This document shows, piece by piece, positions 48,586 through 60,765 of a stretch of DNA of 64,000 nt (its first letter is position 1; each line of letters begins with the position of its first letter). The position numbers were made by a program, and so were the translations under genes. Source of the DNA: Felis catus. Lineage: Eukaryota. The stretch is taken from assembly GCF_018350175.1 (NCBI RefSeq), contig NC_058368.1, positions 71,302,001-71,366,000 on the forward strand. The letters run 5' to 3'. The notes below the pieces were generated by a model. That model saw nothing but the letters and a program-made list of their open reading frames with translations, did no database searches and had not been told where the DNA came from.

Positions 48586-48839
48586 ATATTCTAAAGCAAA
48601 GAGTAGAAGCAATTCTTTTTCTTCAAATATTGCCAAGTTGGATTTGTGAAGAAGTAATGATGTTTTGCTTAAAAGGGATTTGTTTTATATAAATAGTGAA
48701 GTGTATTTGGTAAAATCAAGTTTAATACTTATTTTACATTTTTATAAATCAGGTTGGATATCTGTTGTTTTCTCCTATATTTTAGTATAATGTGTGGCCC
48801 TTCAATTTGAAAAGTTACTGCCATGTAAAATTTGATCAC

Positions 48840-49033
48840 TTATTTATTTAGAAAATTTATTTATTTATTTTGAAAGAATGAGAGAACAGGAAGGGCAGAG
48901 AGAGAGAATCCCAAGCAGGTTTGACACTGTCAGTGGAGAGCCTGATGTGGGCTTGAACTCATGAACTGTGAGATCATGACCTGAGTCAAAACCAAGGGTC
49001 AACGCTTACCTGACTGAGCCACCAGCGCGCCCT
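48840..49033 (-). mobile_element. Can-SINE
   Basis: Antisense copy. Confidence 0.85.
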
Positions 49034-49202
49034 AAAGTCTGATCTTTTAAATTAATGAAACATTTGTTTAAAATTACAGCTTGGGTAGCACTATTTTTTA
49101 AGTTTTGTTTTGTTTTGTTTTGTTTTTTTAAAGAATAGTTTTTGTGAAACCCAAGTTTCAAACATTTGAAGCTGCAGCATGCAGTAAGAAAAGTGCTTGT
49201 CT

Positions 49203-49410
49203 GGGGCGCCTGGGTGGCTCAGTCAGTTGGACGTCTGACTTCGGCTCAGGTCATGATCTCTCAGTCGGTGGGTTCGAGCCCTGTGTCGGGCTCTGTGCTG
49301 ATAGCTCGGAGCCTGGAGCCTGCTTCAGATTCTGTGTCTCCCTCTCTCTCTGCTCCTCCCCCCCACTTATGCTGTCTCTCTCTCTCAAAAATAAAATAAA
49401 ACATGAAAAA
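49203..49410 (+). mobile_element. Can-SINE
   Basis: TSD AAAAGTGCTTG. Confidence 0.9.
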
Positions 49411-51597
49411 AAAAGTGCTTGACTGAGGATAAAAAGACAAGGGCACATATTGGGCTTGGTTTTGCCCAGTGGCAGTGGTACTTCATTGAGTGTGCTTTGT
49501 GTTAAACTGAAGCAAAACCCTACCCCATCTGGTTCTTGAGCTCCTGCTCTGAGCTACCAAGTGGTACTTCCCTTGCTGTATATCACTTAGATGTGTCGAT
49601 TTGAACAAGTCACTACATCTCCTTGGTTAGAAGTTTATTTGCTTCAAACACTGATGCTCTGGAGATGAGCCCTTCTGTTGGTGCTGGCACCTACTGCAAC
49701 AGGCTGGTTTCTGTGGAAGCTGATGCATAGTTGTTTATTCATTCAACAAATAACGTGTGGATGTATTGACTTGCTGAGCTCTGGGGATTTCATAGAGAGC
49801 AAGCAGACCTAGTCATTGCTGTCAGGGAGAGTAAGTGATAGGGGCTGTCATAATTGAAGGGCAGAGTGTAATGTTGCACAGCAATGGCACCTAACCTGGT
49901 GTAGAAGGGCTGGAGAGGCTTTCTAGAGAAGGTGAGGTTTAGGTGAGATGTGAAGCACGCACCCCTGTGTTTGAGAGAAAGTGGTAGTTTTTCTCTCATC
50001 TGGACTATAGCTTCCCAACTAAAGTCCTCACATCCCTCTTGCCTCTCTCTACACTATTCATGTGTTCATAGTCTTTTTATTCAACAGCTGTTTATCGAAT
50101 GACTACTATGTGTCAGGCAGTTGTAGGCATTTAAAATATATCACTGCACCGGTTAGTGATTTCTGCTTTCCTGGAGGTTGTACTTTAATGTGGTAGGGAA
50201 ATGAAGAGGGTAGACAATACTCAAAATAATGAGCAAATTATAAGCTCAGGTTCTTCAGAATGCAGCCATAGTGGGGACTCGGTTTTCTTGCTCTTAGGCT
50301 GAAGTTCAGTGTCTTTATTGTGGCCTGTGGCAGCTCTGCTTCCTTGTACAGTTGGCTTACTCTTCAGGCCCCAGCCCCGCTGACTCTGTTCCACCCTTTC
50401 TTTCATTTGCAGGTCTCTCTTCATACTTGCAGTATCTGAGAAGTTTCCAGGAACTCTGTTTTTAAATTAGAGATTCCCTGTTGTCACACGCCCTCTTCAC
50501 TTCTGCGTAACATGCATCTCAATAATGATTTCTTAGCCACTGTGTGTCATGTAAGGGTCTGTCTTTTCCACTAGACTATAAATTACATGAAGGCTGGCAT
50601 GGTGCCTTTCTTGTTCCCTCCTGTCGTCAGGGCCCTGTATGGGGCGTATAGTGTAAGAGTTGGATTGGTGGAAGGGGGCGGAAGAGTAGTGGGTTTCTGG
50701 ATGAGCTGAGGAGGAGGTGTAAAGGCCAGGCAGCTGGAGGAATGCCTGTGTGGGCTTGGGGGTGGGAAGGAAAGCAGAGGTAGGGAGGGACTGGGGACAA
50801 GACTGGTGGTGCAGGCAGGCGGGATCAAGTACTGACACAAAGTAAAGGAATTAAAATTTGGTTCTAAGGCAGTGGGGAGTCATGAAAAGTTTAAGCACAT
50901 TTTGGGAATACTAGTTTGTTGTGATAACATTTAATGTCCTGGAAATCATTAAGTAGATTGAATAACACCTTCAAGTGTGGCTGGTTTAATTTTTAAATTG
51001 TGAAAGAGGTGTGAAGTATGAAATTTTGATCTTACTGGTAATAAAGTTAAACATCTACCTAAGGGTCTGTAGCCATAAGTCAAAGTTGCCTCTCCTCCAA
51101 CTCTTAATCCTATTTTTGAGCAGTAACTCAAGCTGAGGTGGTTGAATATGTCCATACATGACCTTTGATGAGCATTCCAAGGTATTTGTCTATCTTAATG
51201 TGGATAAGGTCATATATATATTATCCTACAACTTGCTTTCCCCCATGGCACACACTATACTTGGCATATTCTTGAAGTGGAAGAGTTACCTTCCTAAACC
51301 CTAGTCCTCATTCCCTGGCATAGAGCCAAGGCATTTGGAACTGTGTCCTGAGTCTCAAAAGGTCCTGCTGGAGAGGCCATGCCTTCCACCGGATTTTATA
51401 CTGTCCTTTTCTGCCACTTGCTTTTTGTCTTCAGTTTTCACCTCACAGACCTGGTTTCTAGAACATAGGAAATGACTTCCAAATTTGGGGTTTTGTTCAT
51501 GTTGTTCCTTCTGTCTACACTTCTTTTTCCCTAATCTTCCCATGGCAGCGACTGTTTTCTTCAGGCTTTAGTTTATATTTCACTTCAGAAGGATTCC

Positions 51598-51710
51598 TTT
51601 TTTTTCTTTTTAATTTATTAAGTAATCTCTGCCTTTGAGTTGGGGCTCGAACTCACAACCCCGAGATCAAGAGTCACACGTTCTACTGACTGAGCCAGCC
51701 AGGCACCCCC
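51598..51710 (-). mobile_element. Older carnivore SINE within an L2 fragment
   Basis: aagtaatctctg...ggggctcgaactcacaaccccgagatcaagagtcac...ccaggcacccc. Confidence 0.8.
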
Positions 51711-52223
51711 AGAAGACCCTTTCTGGGCAGTCTGTCTAAAACATGTTCTCCCTCCCTATCTCCCTCAGTACTGTTTGTTTCCATGTGCCATTTATTTCAG
51801 TTCTCGGTTGGTTTGTTTGCTCTCTTTCAGTTTCCCTTATTAAACAAGTCTGTTAAGTTCTTCTGTGGGTGCAAGAACTATTTCACATAGTATTACATAT
51901 GGATCAACCTCGTCTTTTAAAACTTTTAAAAGACTATGGCATATTCCATTTCATGTATGTATCCTTTTTGGTACCAGTCCCTTACTGAAAACCTTTAAAA
52001 TTGTTTTTCTGATTTTCTTATCAAATCACAAGCAACAAATTAAAAATAATTTTATTTATATATCTCTCTGTGTGCATGCATGTGCCTATGTGTATAGGAT
52101 AGCTTCCTAAAAATGAAATTGCTGGGTTGAGAGATTTGGGTCTTCAAGCTTTACAATATATATAATATGTCCTGAATAAAATATCTTGGGATAAATGAAT
52201 GACAAGTGAAAAATTTATTTTTA

Positions 52224-52460
52224 TTTTTATTTTTTTTTAATTTTTTTTAATTTTTTTTTAATTTTCTTTATTTTTGGGACAGAGAGAGACAGAGCATGAA
52301 CGGGGGAGGGTCAGAGAGAGAGGGAGACACAGAATCGGAAACAGGCTCCAGGCTCCGAGCCATCAGCCCAGAGCCCGACGCGGGGCTCGAACTCACAGAC
52401 TGCGAGATCGTGACCTGGCTGAAGTCAGATGCTTAACCGACTGCGCCACCCAGGCGCCCC
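52224..52460 (-). mobile_element. Young SINEC_Fc copy
   Basis: CpG-rich; exact 17-bp TSD TGAAAAATTTATTTTTA (52207-52223 / 52461-52477). Confidence 0.95.
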
Positions 52461-52551
52461 TGAAAAATTTATTTTTAAGGCAGTTTGATTTTACTTGGAA
52501 GTGCATTTAGTAAAATTTGCTTGTCATAGTAGGAAAAAAAATTTGTTTTTA

Positions 52552-52870
52552 AGAGTTGTCAGATAAAAATACAGGTTGCCCAGTTAAACCTGAATCTTAG
52601 ATAATGATTTTTTAAAAATGTTTGTTTATTGTTGAGAGAGACAGAGAAACAGCATGAGCAGGGGAGGGGCTGAGAGAGAGAAGGGGACAGAGAATCCCAA
52701 GCAGGCTCTGTGCCCTCAGCACAGAGCTGGATGTGGGGCTTGAACTCACAAGTTGTGAGATCATGACCTGTGCTGAAACCAAGAGTCAGACACTTAACCA
52801 ACTGAGCCACGCAGGTGCCCTGATAATGATTTTTTTTTTAAGGTCCCAAATATTGCATAACACATCATGG
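52552..52870. mobile_element. MER53-like hAT relic interrupted by an antisense Can-SINE (about 52612-52820)
   Basis: agataaaaatacaggttgcccagttaaacctgaat...gtcccaaatattgcat; SINE TSD gataatgattttt. Confidence 0.65.
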
Positions 52871-53973
52871 TAAGGAAATGTAACATACTGATTAAGTTAA
52901 AAGACAGGATTGTTTTGTGGTTATTTATAGAAATGTTGGATTTGTGACAAAATTTTTATAAGTTGTGCTTTGTGTAAATAGATATCTCTTTATATACACA
53001 CATCTACAATGTGTACATAATAAATATCACTAATGAATTCTGTGCATTATCTTTTAACATTTGCCTGTTTGTCAGTTCTCTCAAGATAACAGACTTTTGA
53101 GACAGCAGTTTATCTTCTCTCATAATATCTTTTGCAAATATACTACTACACATTTGAAAGAAAAGACATGTTAAAAGTTTCCTTCTAGGCTTCTTATAAT
53201 CCAGTCTCCATCAGCCAGCACTCTTCCTGTATTTTGTTCGCGAGGCACTAATTGTCCGCATTTGGCAGCTTTAACACTTCCTGACAGAGAGGCTATTAAG
53301 GGGAAGTATTCTCCAATAACTGTCACTGGCTTGAACAAAGAACCTCCAAACTCAATGTGTGGAAACCACTAACATTCTTAAATGACCCTTTTCATGGATT
53401 TTTATCCCTTTAAGCTAAAATTTGGAGAATGTAGGGTCAGTGAAAACAGCAAGGTGTAATAAAGCAGTAAACCTTGATTATTTTGGGAGAGTAGAGTGGG
53501 AGGTATAGATTTATCTCTGACTTGCAAACAATTGTTATTTGGAAAATCTCATTAGCAGATGTGACTGCTTGGAGTAAAAAAAAAAAAAAGAGAGAGAGAG
53601 ACTTAAAACTGATGTTGCTTTCAGGACTGCTTTGAACTTAACAAGCACCTATTTGTGGAGCAGACTGGCTAATGAAAGGAAATTAAATTTTTCTGACAAC
53701 TTCCCCTGCCAACCTCCTTATTCAGGGGATGTTATTAGGTACTGAAGACTTTTAAGGAAGATTTTTTTTTTTTATTAGACATAAATGAACCAGTTATAAA
53801 CATCCCCCGCCCCTCCTTTTGGGGGAGAATTCTGACATGGTTACTCTACACCTTTAGATTACTAGCTTAAAAGCTTAAAAAATACCAGTCTTCACTTTAA
53901 TATTTTAAAGTTATTTTTGAAAAATTCAGGCATTCTCACTACCTAATGGTTTCAAAACATTACTGTTATTCCT

Positions 53974-54013
53974 TGTGATTAGTTTACATCACTGTGATTA
54001 GTTTACATCACTG
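53974..54013. repeat. Perfect 19-bp tandem duplication TGTGATTAGTTTACATCAC x2
   Basis: Units at 53974-53992 and 53993-54011, plus TG. Confidence 0.95.
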
Positions 54014-54924
54014 AATTGTAAAGAAAAGTCATATTTACTAGGGAGGCTTGGATGTAACACCTTCTTTTCAGCTGTCTTTATTTTTCCATGGGGAGATGTA
54101 TCAGGAGTGTCCTGTGCTGGGTGTGTTAGGTGAAAGTTAATGATCAATGAAATGGTTTAGATTCAAGGGAAATTTTTTTCCTTTCAGTTGCATTGGTTGG
54201 TATTTGGCAATAATTCTTACATGCATCAACTCTTACCTTGTACTGTTTTGGGAGGCATTTGCTTTCCTTGGCTTTTTTGAAGTTTTCCCCCACAAGTTGG
54301 TTCATGGAATTTAAAGTTTTAAATTACTTGTCTTAATAAGATATAAAGATAAAATATGTACCTGACAAAATAATGAAATAAAAAAGAAAAAGTAATGGAA
54401 ACTACTAAAGGAATTTTTGGGGAGACAATTGACAATTCCTGGAGATATTGGAAATTTACTTTTTTTATTTCTGGAAAATCTTGAGCCTCTCTGAAACAAT
54501 AGAGAATCAACTCCCCCTGCTGACAGAATCCAGGAAAACATGACATGTAAATATCAGAGGACAGGAACAAGCTGGTTGTAGACAAGCTTTAATGATCTGA
54601 TTTATGATTCAGTATTGATTGTAAACATCTAAATTCTGCTGTTAAATTCCAGCAACTGCACCAAATCATTTGGCAATTCTGGTAGTGCTTCCTGCCAGCT
54701 CATTTCAAACTGCTTTGAGTTTCTTAATATAATAATGATGAGGTAGAATTTACATTCCACTTATGGTATTAATTTTACATTTCTCTGAGAGAAAAGAGTT
54801 AGAAGGTTGTAAAATTGAACATTAAATGAATCAGAGGAGACAGTAGTGCAATATATGACTGCCCTAAAGACATTGTGCAATGGCTGATGGGATTAATGTT
54901 GGCTCTCATTTCCTGCTTTTACAG

Positions 54925-54961
54925 GATGCAGATGAAGCTGTCAGAATTGCAAGGGAAATTG
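54925..54961 (+). CDS. PCCA: PCCA next coding exon (probably exon 8), 37 nt, phase 0-1
   Basis: Acceptor ctctcatttcctgcttttacAG ends at 54924 and donor TTG|GTAAGT starts at 54962. It translates DADEAVRIAREI-G, continuing in frame from ...DGVVK (human DAEEAVRIAREIG). Too short for the ORF track. Confidence 0.95.
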
Positions 54962-57599
54962 GTAAGTTCTTAAATTAACTTTGCTAGAGTTTCTGTGTCT
55001 TTCAGCAGATACGGTTGAGTAAACATGTAATAAGTAACCCCATAGAGCAAATAATATTTTAATACATTTAGGATTCTGATTACTTGTCCCTTTGGAAGAA
55101 TTTATCTGCTGAATTAGCATATTATTAAAGTGAACTTTAAGGAGTAATTTGACTTTTTAATTACAGCTCTTTTGTAAGTTGAAATCACTGGCTAATTAAA
55201 AGAAGGAATTGTCTTAACTCTTGAGATTGGATATAATGTAAATTTTATGTATTTAGCTGAATACAACCTATTACAGTTAAAGACATAAATGATTAAAATG
55301 AAGATTTCACATTTGACAAGGCTCTTGAAGTTTTTACCTTGTCCTAAGATGTTTTAATAATCTTGCTAGGAAACAGAATTTGAGAAATCAGAACTGGATA
55401 TTCTAAATTGGAGTAAACGGTAAACTGAAGGACATTTTCATGACTGTGTTACTTGATTGTTTTAGGTACAATTATACTTAGGGCAGGGCTTATCAACTTC
55501 TTATTTAAAAAAATATTCCTTTATTGCTCATGACAACTGTTATATTTTCAGTATCTGCCAATTAAAAAAATAGGTGAGGACAAATTGTTACCATGGATTA
55601 GTGGTGGTATCCAGTTACTTTACAGTTGTGTTAATCAAATTAGTATTTGTATACATTTGACAGAACTTTGTAGGTTTGTGAGAGAAATCTGACAATGCTC
55701 AGCAGTCAGGAAATCTCACCTTCTTAGCATTCCTACACGGATGGGGCCAAACTTTTCAGCATCCCGCATTAACATTTCTTTGGTCCTGTTTTGTCATTAA
55801 GATCCACTGTTTGGAATTGTTTTATCCACTGAGAGAACATTTGATTTGGCAACATTTACAGAGTTGTGATACATGGTATATACATCTTATTTCTGAAAGT
55901 AATCGATTGCATTAGTAAATACATTCTTTACAATTGGCTCAGGCTAGCTGAACAGTTCTTTAGTGATCTGGAAAGTTGTTGGCTTGTTGTGTCCCTGTTT
56001 CTGGTTGGGTCTGGCTAAATTATTTTGGTTTGGCTCATGGTTAAGTGTGTTTTGTTGTTTATTTGTTTTGCAAACATAGCTGCTACTGATACAGATTTGG
56101 ATTTAAGACCCAGTCTTAGAAAATCTTATTTTATCTGACTATAACATCTCTTCCTTAATCATTTCTTCTGACACATCAACATTTTCAAAAAAACATTTCA
56201 GTACTTCACAGGAAGATTTGCTGGATTGCTGAATAAGTTGGACTGCATGGAACTGATTCGTGGTTTATTTCTTTGAGAAAATCAAAAGCGTCTCTCTGAA
56301 GTTTGAAATCACTGTCATTCCTCACAGCCTAAGAGGCAGGTAGCATATACCTGCTAGCTTTTGAGGAGACTTTCTTCTAAAGTAATTTCACTTCGTTCTA
56401 CTGTATACATGTAGATTTAAGAAGTCATCTTTCTAGTTTAGGTGGTATTGTTATTAACTACAGAATAAGATAGACTAGTACTGTTAACACAATAGTATCT
56501 ACATAAAAAGGACAGAATATTTGGATAAATTTAGAGAAATGAAAGGGATTGGAAGAAAATCTTGAATTATATTGGCATGCCTTATTTCGAATTATGAATC
56601 TTCACCTCTTAAGCATTTCCTTTGTGTAAATGGCAGGCTGCAAATGGCTTTGCTTGCTTTTTCATGTCTTGTCCTTTATGTTTTCTTTCTTTTTTTCCCC
56701 CAAATAATCTGTGACCTTTAAAATAATCAGTTAATCATAGTGGGACTCTGAACAGTTCTCATCACCTGGCTTTCCTCAGTATTTTAATGCTGTGCTTTGC
56801 TCCCCTTTGAGCTAAGGAGTTACTGAATTCCATCGCAGGCTCTTTTCTTTATATTTAGGCGCAACCTTTATGACTCCTTCCTCTTTCCTATCTTCTCATT
56901 CTTCTCCAGTTATACCTTCTCATTTGTGAAATAAATGATCGTAATCATGGCTGTGAAGTCTAACACTGCTAGTGTTTTGCTTATGCTGAAAGAAAGGGAA
57001 GCCATAAAATTTGAGGTGAAATAAAACATAATAAAGAACCAGGGTCATCAGCCTATTATAAAGCTCTTGGAATTTCCCTGAAAACCCCCCTGAATCACCA
57101 CAGAAACCTTCCATAAAACTGTTTCCCTGAAGTGCCAGCTTCTAAAATAAATGAAATGAAATTAAATATTATTCCACTCTCAGTATTTTGTATTTTTTGG
57201 TGATTCATCAGTTTTGTTTTCTACTCATTTTATTGAGATCTATCACACTTTAACTACATTATGATTTTGATGGGCTTTGGTGAATTCATTTAAGAGTTGA
57301 ATTAAACATTGCTTCCACAGGAAAATATGCTCCTAGTTCTAAACAACTGAATTATAATCAAACCTTTGAAACTGTCTATTTATGGGTAGCAGATTGACGA
57401 TGTCATATATACCTATTGACATATTTTTCTGCTTTCCTTCTTTCTGTGTTACCTGGAGAAAATTAAATTGGGCTTTTCTGTGATTCCCTCCTCTCTTGAG
57501 TCTTCTCTCCTGGAAACAGGAATCTGTGAGGCCAAAGGAGGAAGCTAACTGCCTTGAGCATTGATGAATTAGGTGTCTTTTACATAATAGTAGCTCTTG

Positions 57600-57810
57600 T
57601 TTATGGAGCATTTTTTCCATGTTGCAGGCACTTTGTGAATGTTATTTCTAATGCTAATTCCTGGGTTAATTATTTTCATTTACATTTAAGAAACTGAGGA
57701 TTAGAAATGGTAAGTAATTTGCTCAAGGTCACAGAGCTACTGAGTGGTGGACCTGCTTTTAAATATAGGTTCATTTAGCTCCAAAGACTATCGATTTTTC
57801 ATTATACTTT
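57600..57810 (-). mobile_element. MIR
   Basis: aagaaactgaggattagaaatggtaagtaatttgctcaaggtcacagagcta core. Confidence 0.7.
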
Positions 57811-58319
57811 TCCTAAACTAATGGGATTAGAGGATGAGAGCTAACATTTCAGTCACCACTTGGTGTAAAATACTGTGAGTCACTTAAGCATGTTATATGT
57901 GGCATTAAAGAAACAGCTTCGTATCGTCGACAGGGTGAGAGACCATTAGGGCTTAATATGTTACCTCTGTGTACTTGATTTTTGGTCTGCCTTGTCTCCT
58001 TCATTCTCACTCCTGATTTTTTCCTTTGACCTCTCGAAGTTTACAGATACAGGGCTATTGATCCCTGGTTTATCTTTAACCCCAGAGATAGACAACAGTA
58101 ATCAGTAAGACTGATTTGCATTAAAGTTTGATCTTTTTTTACTGGATCAAAGGTCCTTAATACAATCAAGTTGAATTGATTGTTGAAAGGAAAAGAAATT
58201 GTAAATCTGAAACCTGTCATTTAATCTGCCCTTTAACTTCCAGATTGTTCTGATTCTTTTCTTTGGCACGCCTTTCTCAACAATTGCAGATCATGTCCGA
58301 TTTAAATAAATGTTTTCTG

Positions 58320-58870
58320 ATCCCCAGATTCACCATCCTCTAAGCCTGCTTCGTCCACAGTTTCTGCATCTCAGTAAATGTCACTCCCATTTACTCAGTG
58401 GCTAAAGCTAAAACCCAAGATCTATCCTGGTGCCATTGCCCTGTCATCCTAATGTCAATATATCAATAGATACTGTCAGTCCTTCATTCAGAATACCTCC
58501 TGTGTTCACTACTCACTATCTGTACGACTAGTACCCTCTCCCAAACTACCATTGTCCTCTCGGGGACTGTGACAATAGTTTCTCTGCTTCTTTTCTTAAA
58601 CACTTCAAAGCCATTCTTCACATAACAGTTAGTGTGATATTTGAAAACTCTAAATAATAAGGACACACCCCCATCTCATCCCACTCCGTATCTGCTTGAA
58701 GCCCTCTAATGGCATTTCCTTGCACTTACATAAAATCAAAATTCCTTAGCCTGATTACAAACCCCAAATGATTTGGCACCTGCTTTCTCTCCAATCACAT
58801 TTTATACTACTCCCCGCCTTGCCTGCTATACTCTAGTTACACCGGCTTTCTTGAACACCTCAAACTTCAG
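58320..58870 (+). mobile_element. L2 fragment
   Basis: catctcagtaaatgtcactccc, ctctcccaaactaccattgtcctc..., ataaaatcaaaattccttagc. Confidence 0.6.
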
Positions 58871-58939
58871 CCAACATCTGTTGTTGCCTGAGTTGTTAAT
58901 TTTAGCCATTCTGACAGGTGTGTGGAGTTCTCACCAATA

Positions 58940-59472
58940 AAGTTGAACAGTGTGCCTTCCAGTTAAAAAAATCCCTGATTTGTAGAAAGTTTGCTGATTT
59001 CCATGATGTCACTACTTCTACCATAGCCAATTTCAAGTTACCAATGAGACGTTATTACTTATTTTGAGAGGAAGAGAGAGAACGTGCATGTGTGGAAAAG
59101 GGGCAGAGGGAGAGGAAAAATCCTAAGCAGACTCCGTATTGTCAGCGTGGAGCGTGACATGTGCCTTGACGTCATGAACCGTGAGATCGTGACCTGAGCC
59201 AAAATCAGGAGTTGGACACTTAACGGACTGAGCCACTCAGGCGCCCTACCAGTGAGACAGTATTGAACGTGGAACTTGGAGAAGTGCAGTAGCATGCCAT
59301 TTTATAGTATTTCCACCATGCCAACACAACATCAAGAACATAGATATAGCCAGGTGTAGGAAAATAATTAGAAAGTGGTGCATTTTGAGTATTACCAAGT
59401 TTTCTGAAAATTTAGCAGTTGGCTCTTCTGAGCTAATAAAAGCCAATTCTAACACACGGCTGGTTCTAGCCA
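58940..59472. mobile_element. MER63-like hAT relic interrupted by an antisense Can-SINE (59056-59247)
   Basis: tttgctgatttccatgatg..acttctaccatagccaatttcaagttaccaa; SINE TSD acca(a/g)tgagac. Confidence 0.6.
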
Positions 59473-59474
59473 AT

Positions 59475-60765
59475 TGCTATAGACAGAATGTTTGTGTCCT
59501 CTCAAAATTCATGTGTGGAAATCTAATTAATCCTCAATGTGATGGTATTTAGAAGTGGGGTCTTTGGGAGGTGATCAGGTCATCAGGACAGAGCCATGTG
59601 CCCTGATGAATGGGATTAGCATCCTTATAAAAGAGACCCCAGAAAAAGATATTTGCAAATGACGTATCTGGATACAGGGTTAGTATCCCAAATCTATAAA
59701 GAACTTAACCAAACTCAACACCAGAAAAACAAATAATCCAGTGAAGAAATGGGCAGAAGACATGAATAGACAATTTTCCAAAGAAGACATCCGGATGGCC
59801 AACAGACACATGAAAAGATGCTCAACATCACTCATCATCAGGGAAATACAAATCAGAGCCACACTGAGATATCACCTCACATGGGTCAGAGTGGCTAAAA
59901 TGAACAAATCAGGAAACTACAGCTGCTGGCGAGGATGTGGAGAAACGGGAACCTTCCTGCACTGTTGGTGGGAATACAACTGGTGCAGCCACTCTGGAAA
60001 ACAGTGTGGAGGTTTCACAAAAAAATAGTACTACACTACGACCTAGCAATAGCACTACTAGGAGTTTACCCAGGGATTACAGGAGAACTGATGCATATGG
60101 GCACATGTACCCCAGTGTTTATAGCAGCACTTTCTTTCAACAATAGCCAAATTATGGAAACAGCCTAAATGTCCATCAACTGATGAGTGGATAAAGAAGA
60201 CGTGGTTTATATATACAATGGAATACTACTTGGCAGTGAGAAAGAAAAATCCTGCCATTTGCAGCAACGTGGATGGAACTGGAAGGTATTATGCTGAGAA
60301 AAATAAGTCATTCAGAGAAGGGCAGAATCTCATGTTTTCACTCATATGTGGATCTTGAGAAACTTAACAGAAGACCATGGGGGAAGGGAAAGGGAAAAAA
60401 TAGTTACAGAGAGGGAGGGAGGGCAAACCACAAGAGACTCTTAAATACAGAGAGCAAACTGAGGGTGGATGGGGGAGTGGGGGAGAGGCAAAAGTGGGTT
60501 ATGGGCATTGAGGAGGGCACTTGTTGGGATGAGCACTGGGTGTTGTATGTAAGCCAATTTGACAATAGATTATATTTTTAAAAATTCCATGAAAAAAAAA
60601 ATAGACCCCAGAGAGCTCCCTTGTCTTTCTCACCATGTGAGGACTCTTGGCTGTTTATGAAACACGAAGTAGGTTCTTACCAGACGCTGAATCTGCTAGC
60701 AACTTAATCTTCTATTTCTCAGCCTCCAAAACTATGAGAAATAAATGTTTGTTGTTTAAGTCAAA
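59475..60765 (+). mobile_element. MaLR LTR (MLT1A-like) split by an L1 insertion
   Basis: 5' half tgctatagacagaatgtttgtgtcc..aaattcatgt..gaaat...tataaaagagacccc; 3' half gagagctccc...cagcctccaaaactatgagaaataaatg. Confidence 0.8.
59644..60597 (+). mobile_element. 5'-truncated felid/carnivore L1 (ORF2 C-terminus + 3'UTR), frameshifted
   Basis: [37 protein letters not shown]...RYHLT matches the L1 ORF2 C-terminus. TSD AAAA(G/T)AGACCCCAGA (59629-59643 / 60598-60612). Confidence 0.93.

Noticed and set aside
59680..60581. Functional retrotransposon ORFs
   Set aside because: 5'-truncated, frameshifted L1 ORF2 fragment lacking the endonuclease and RT domains.
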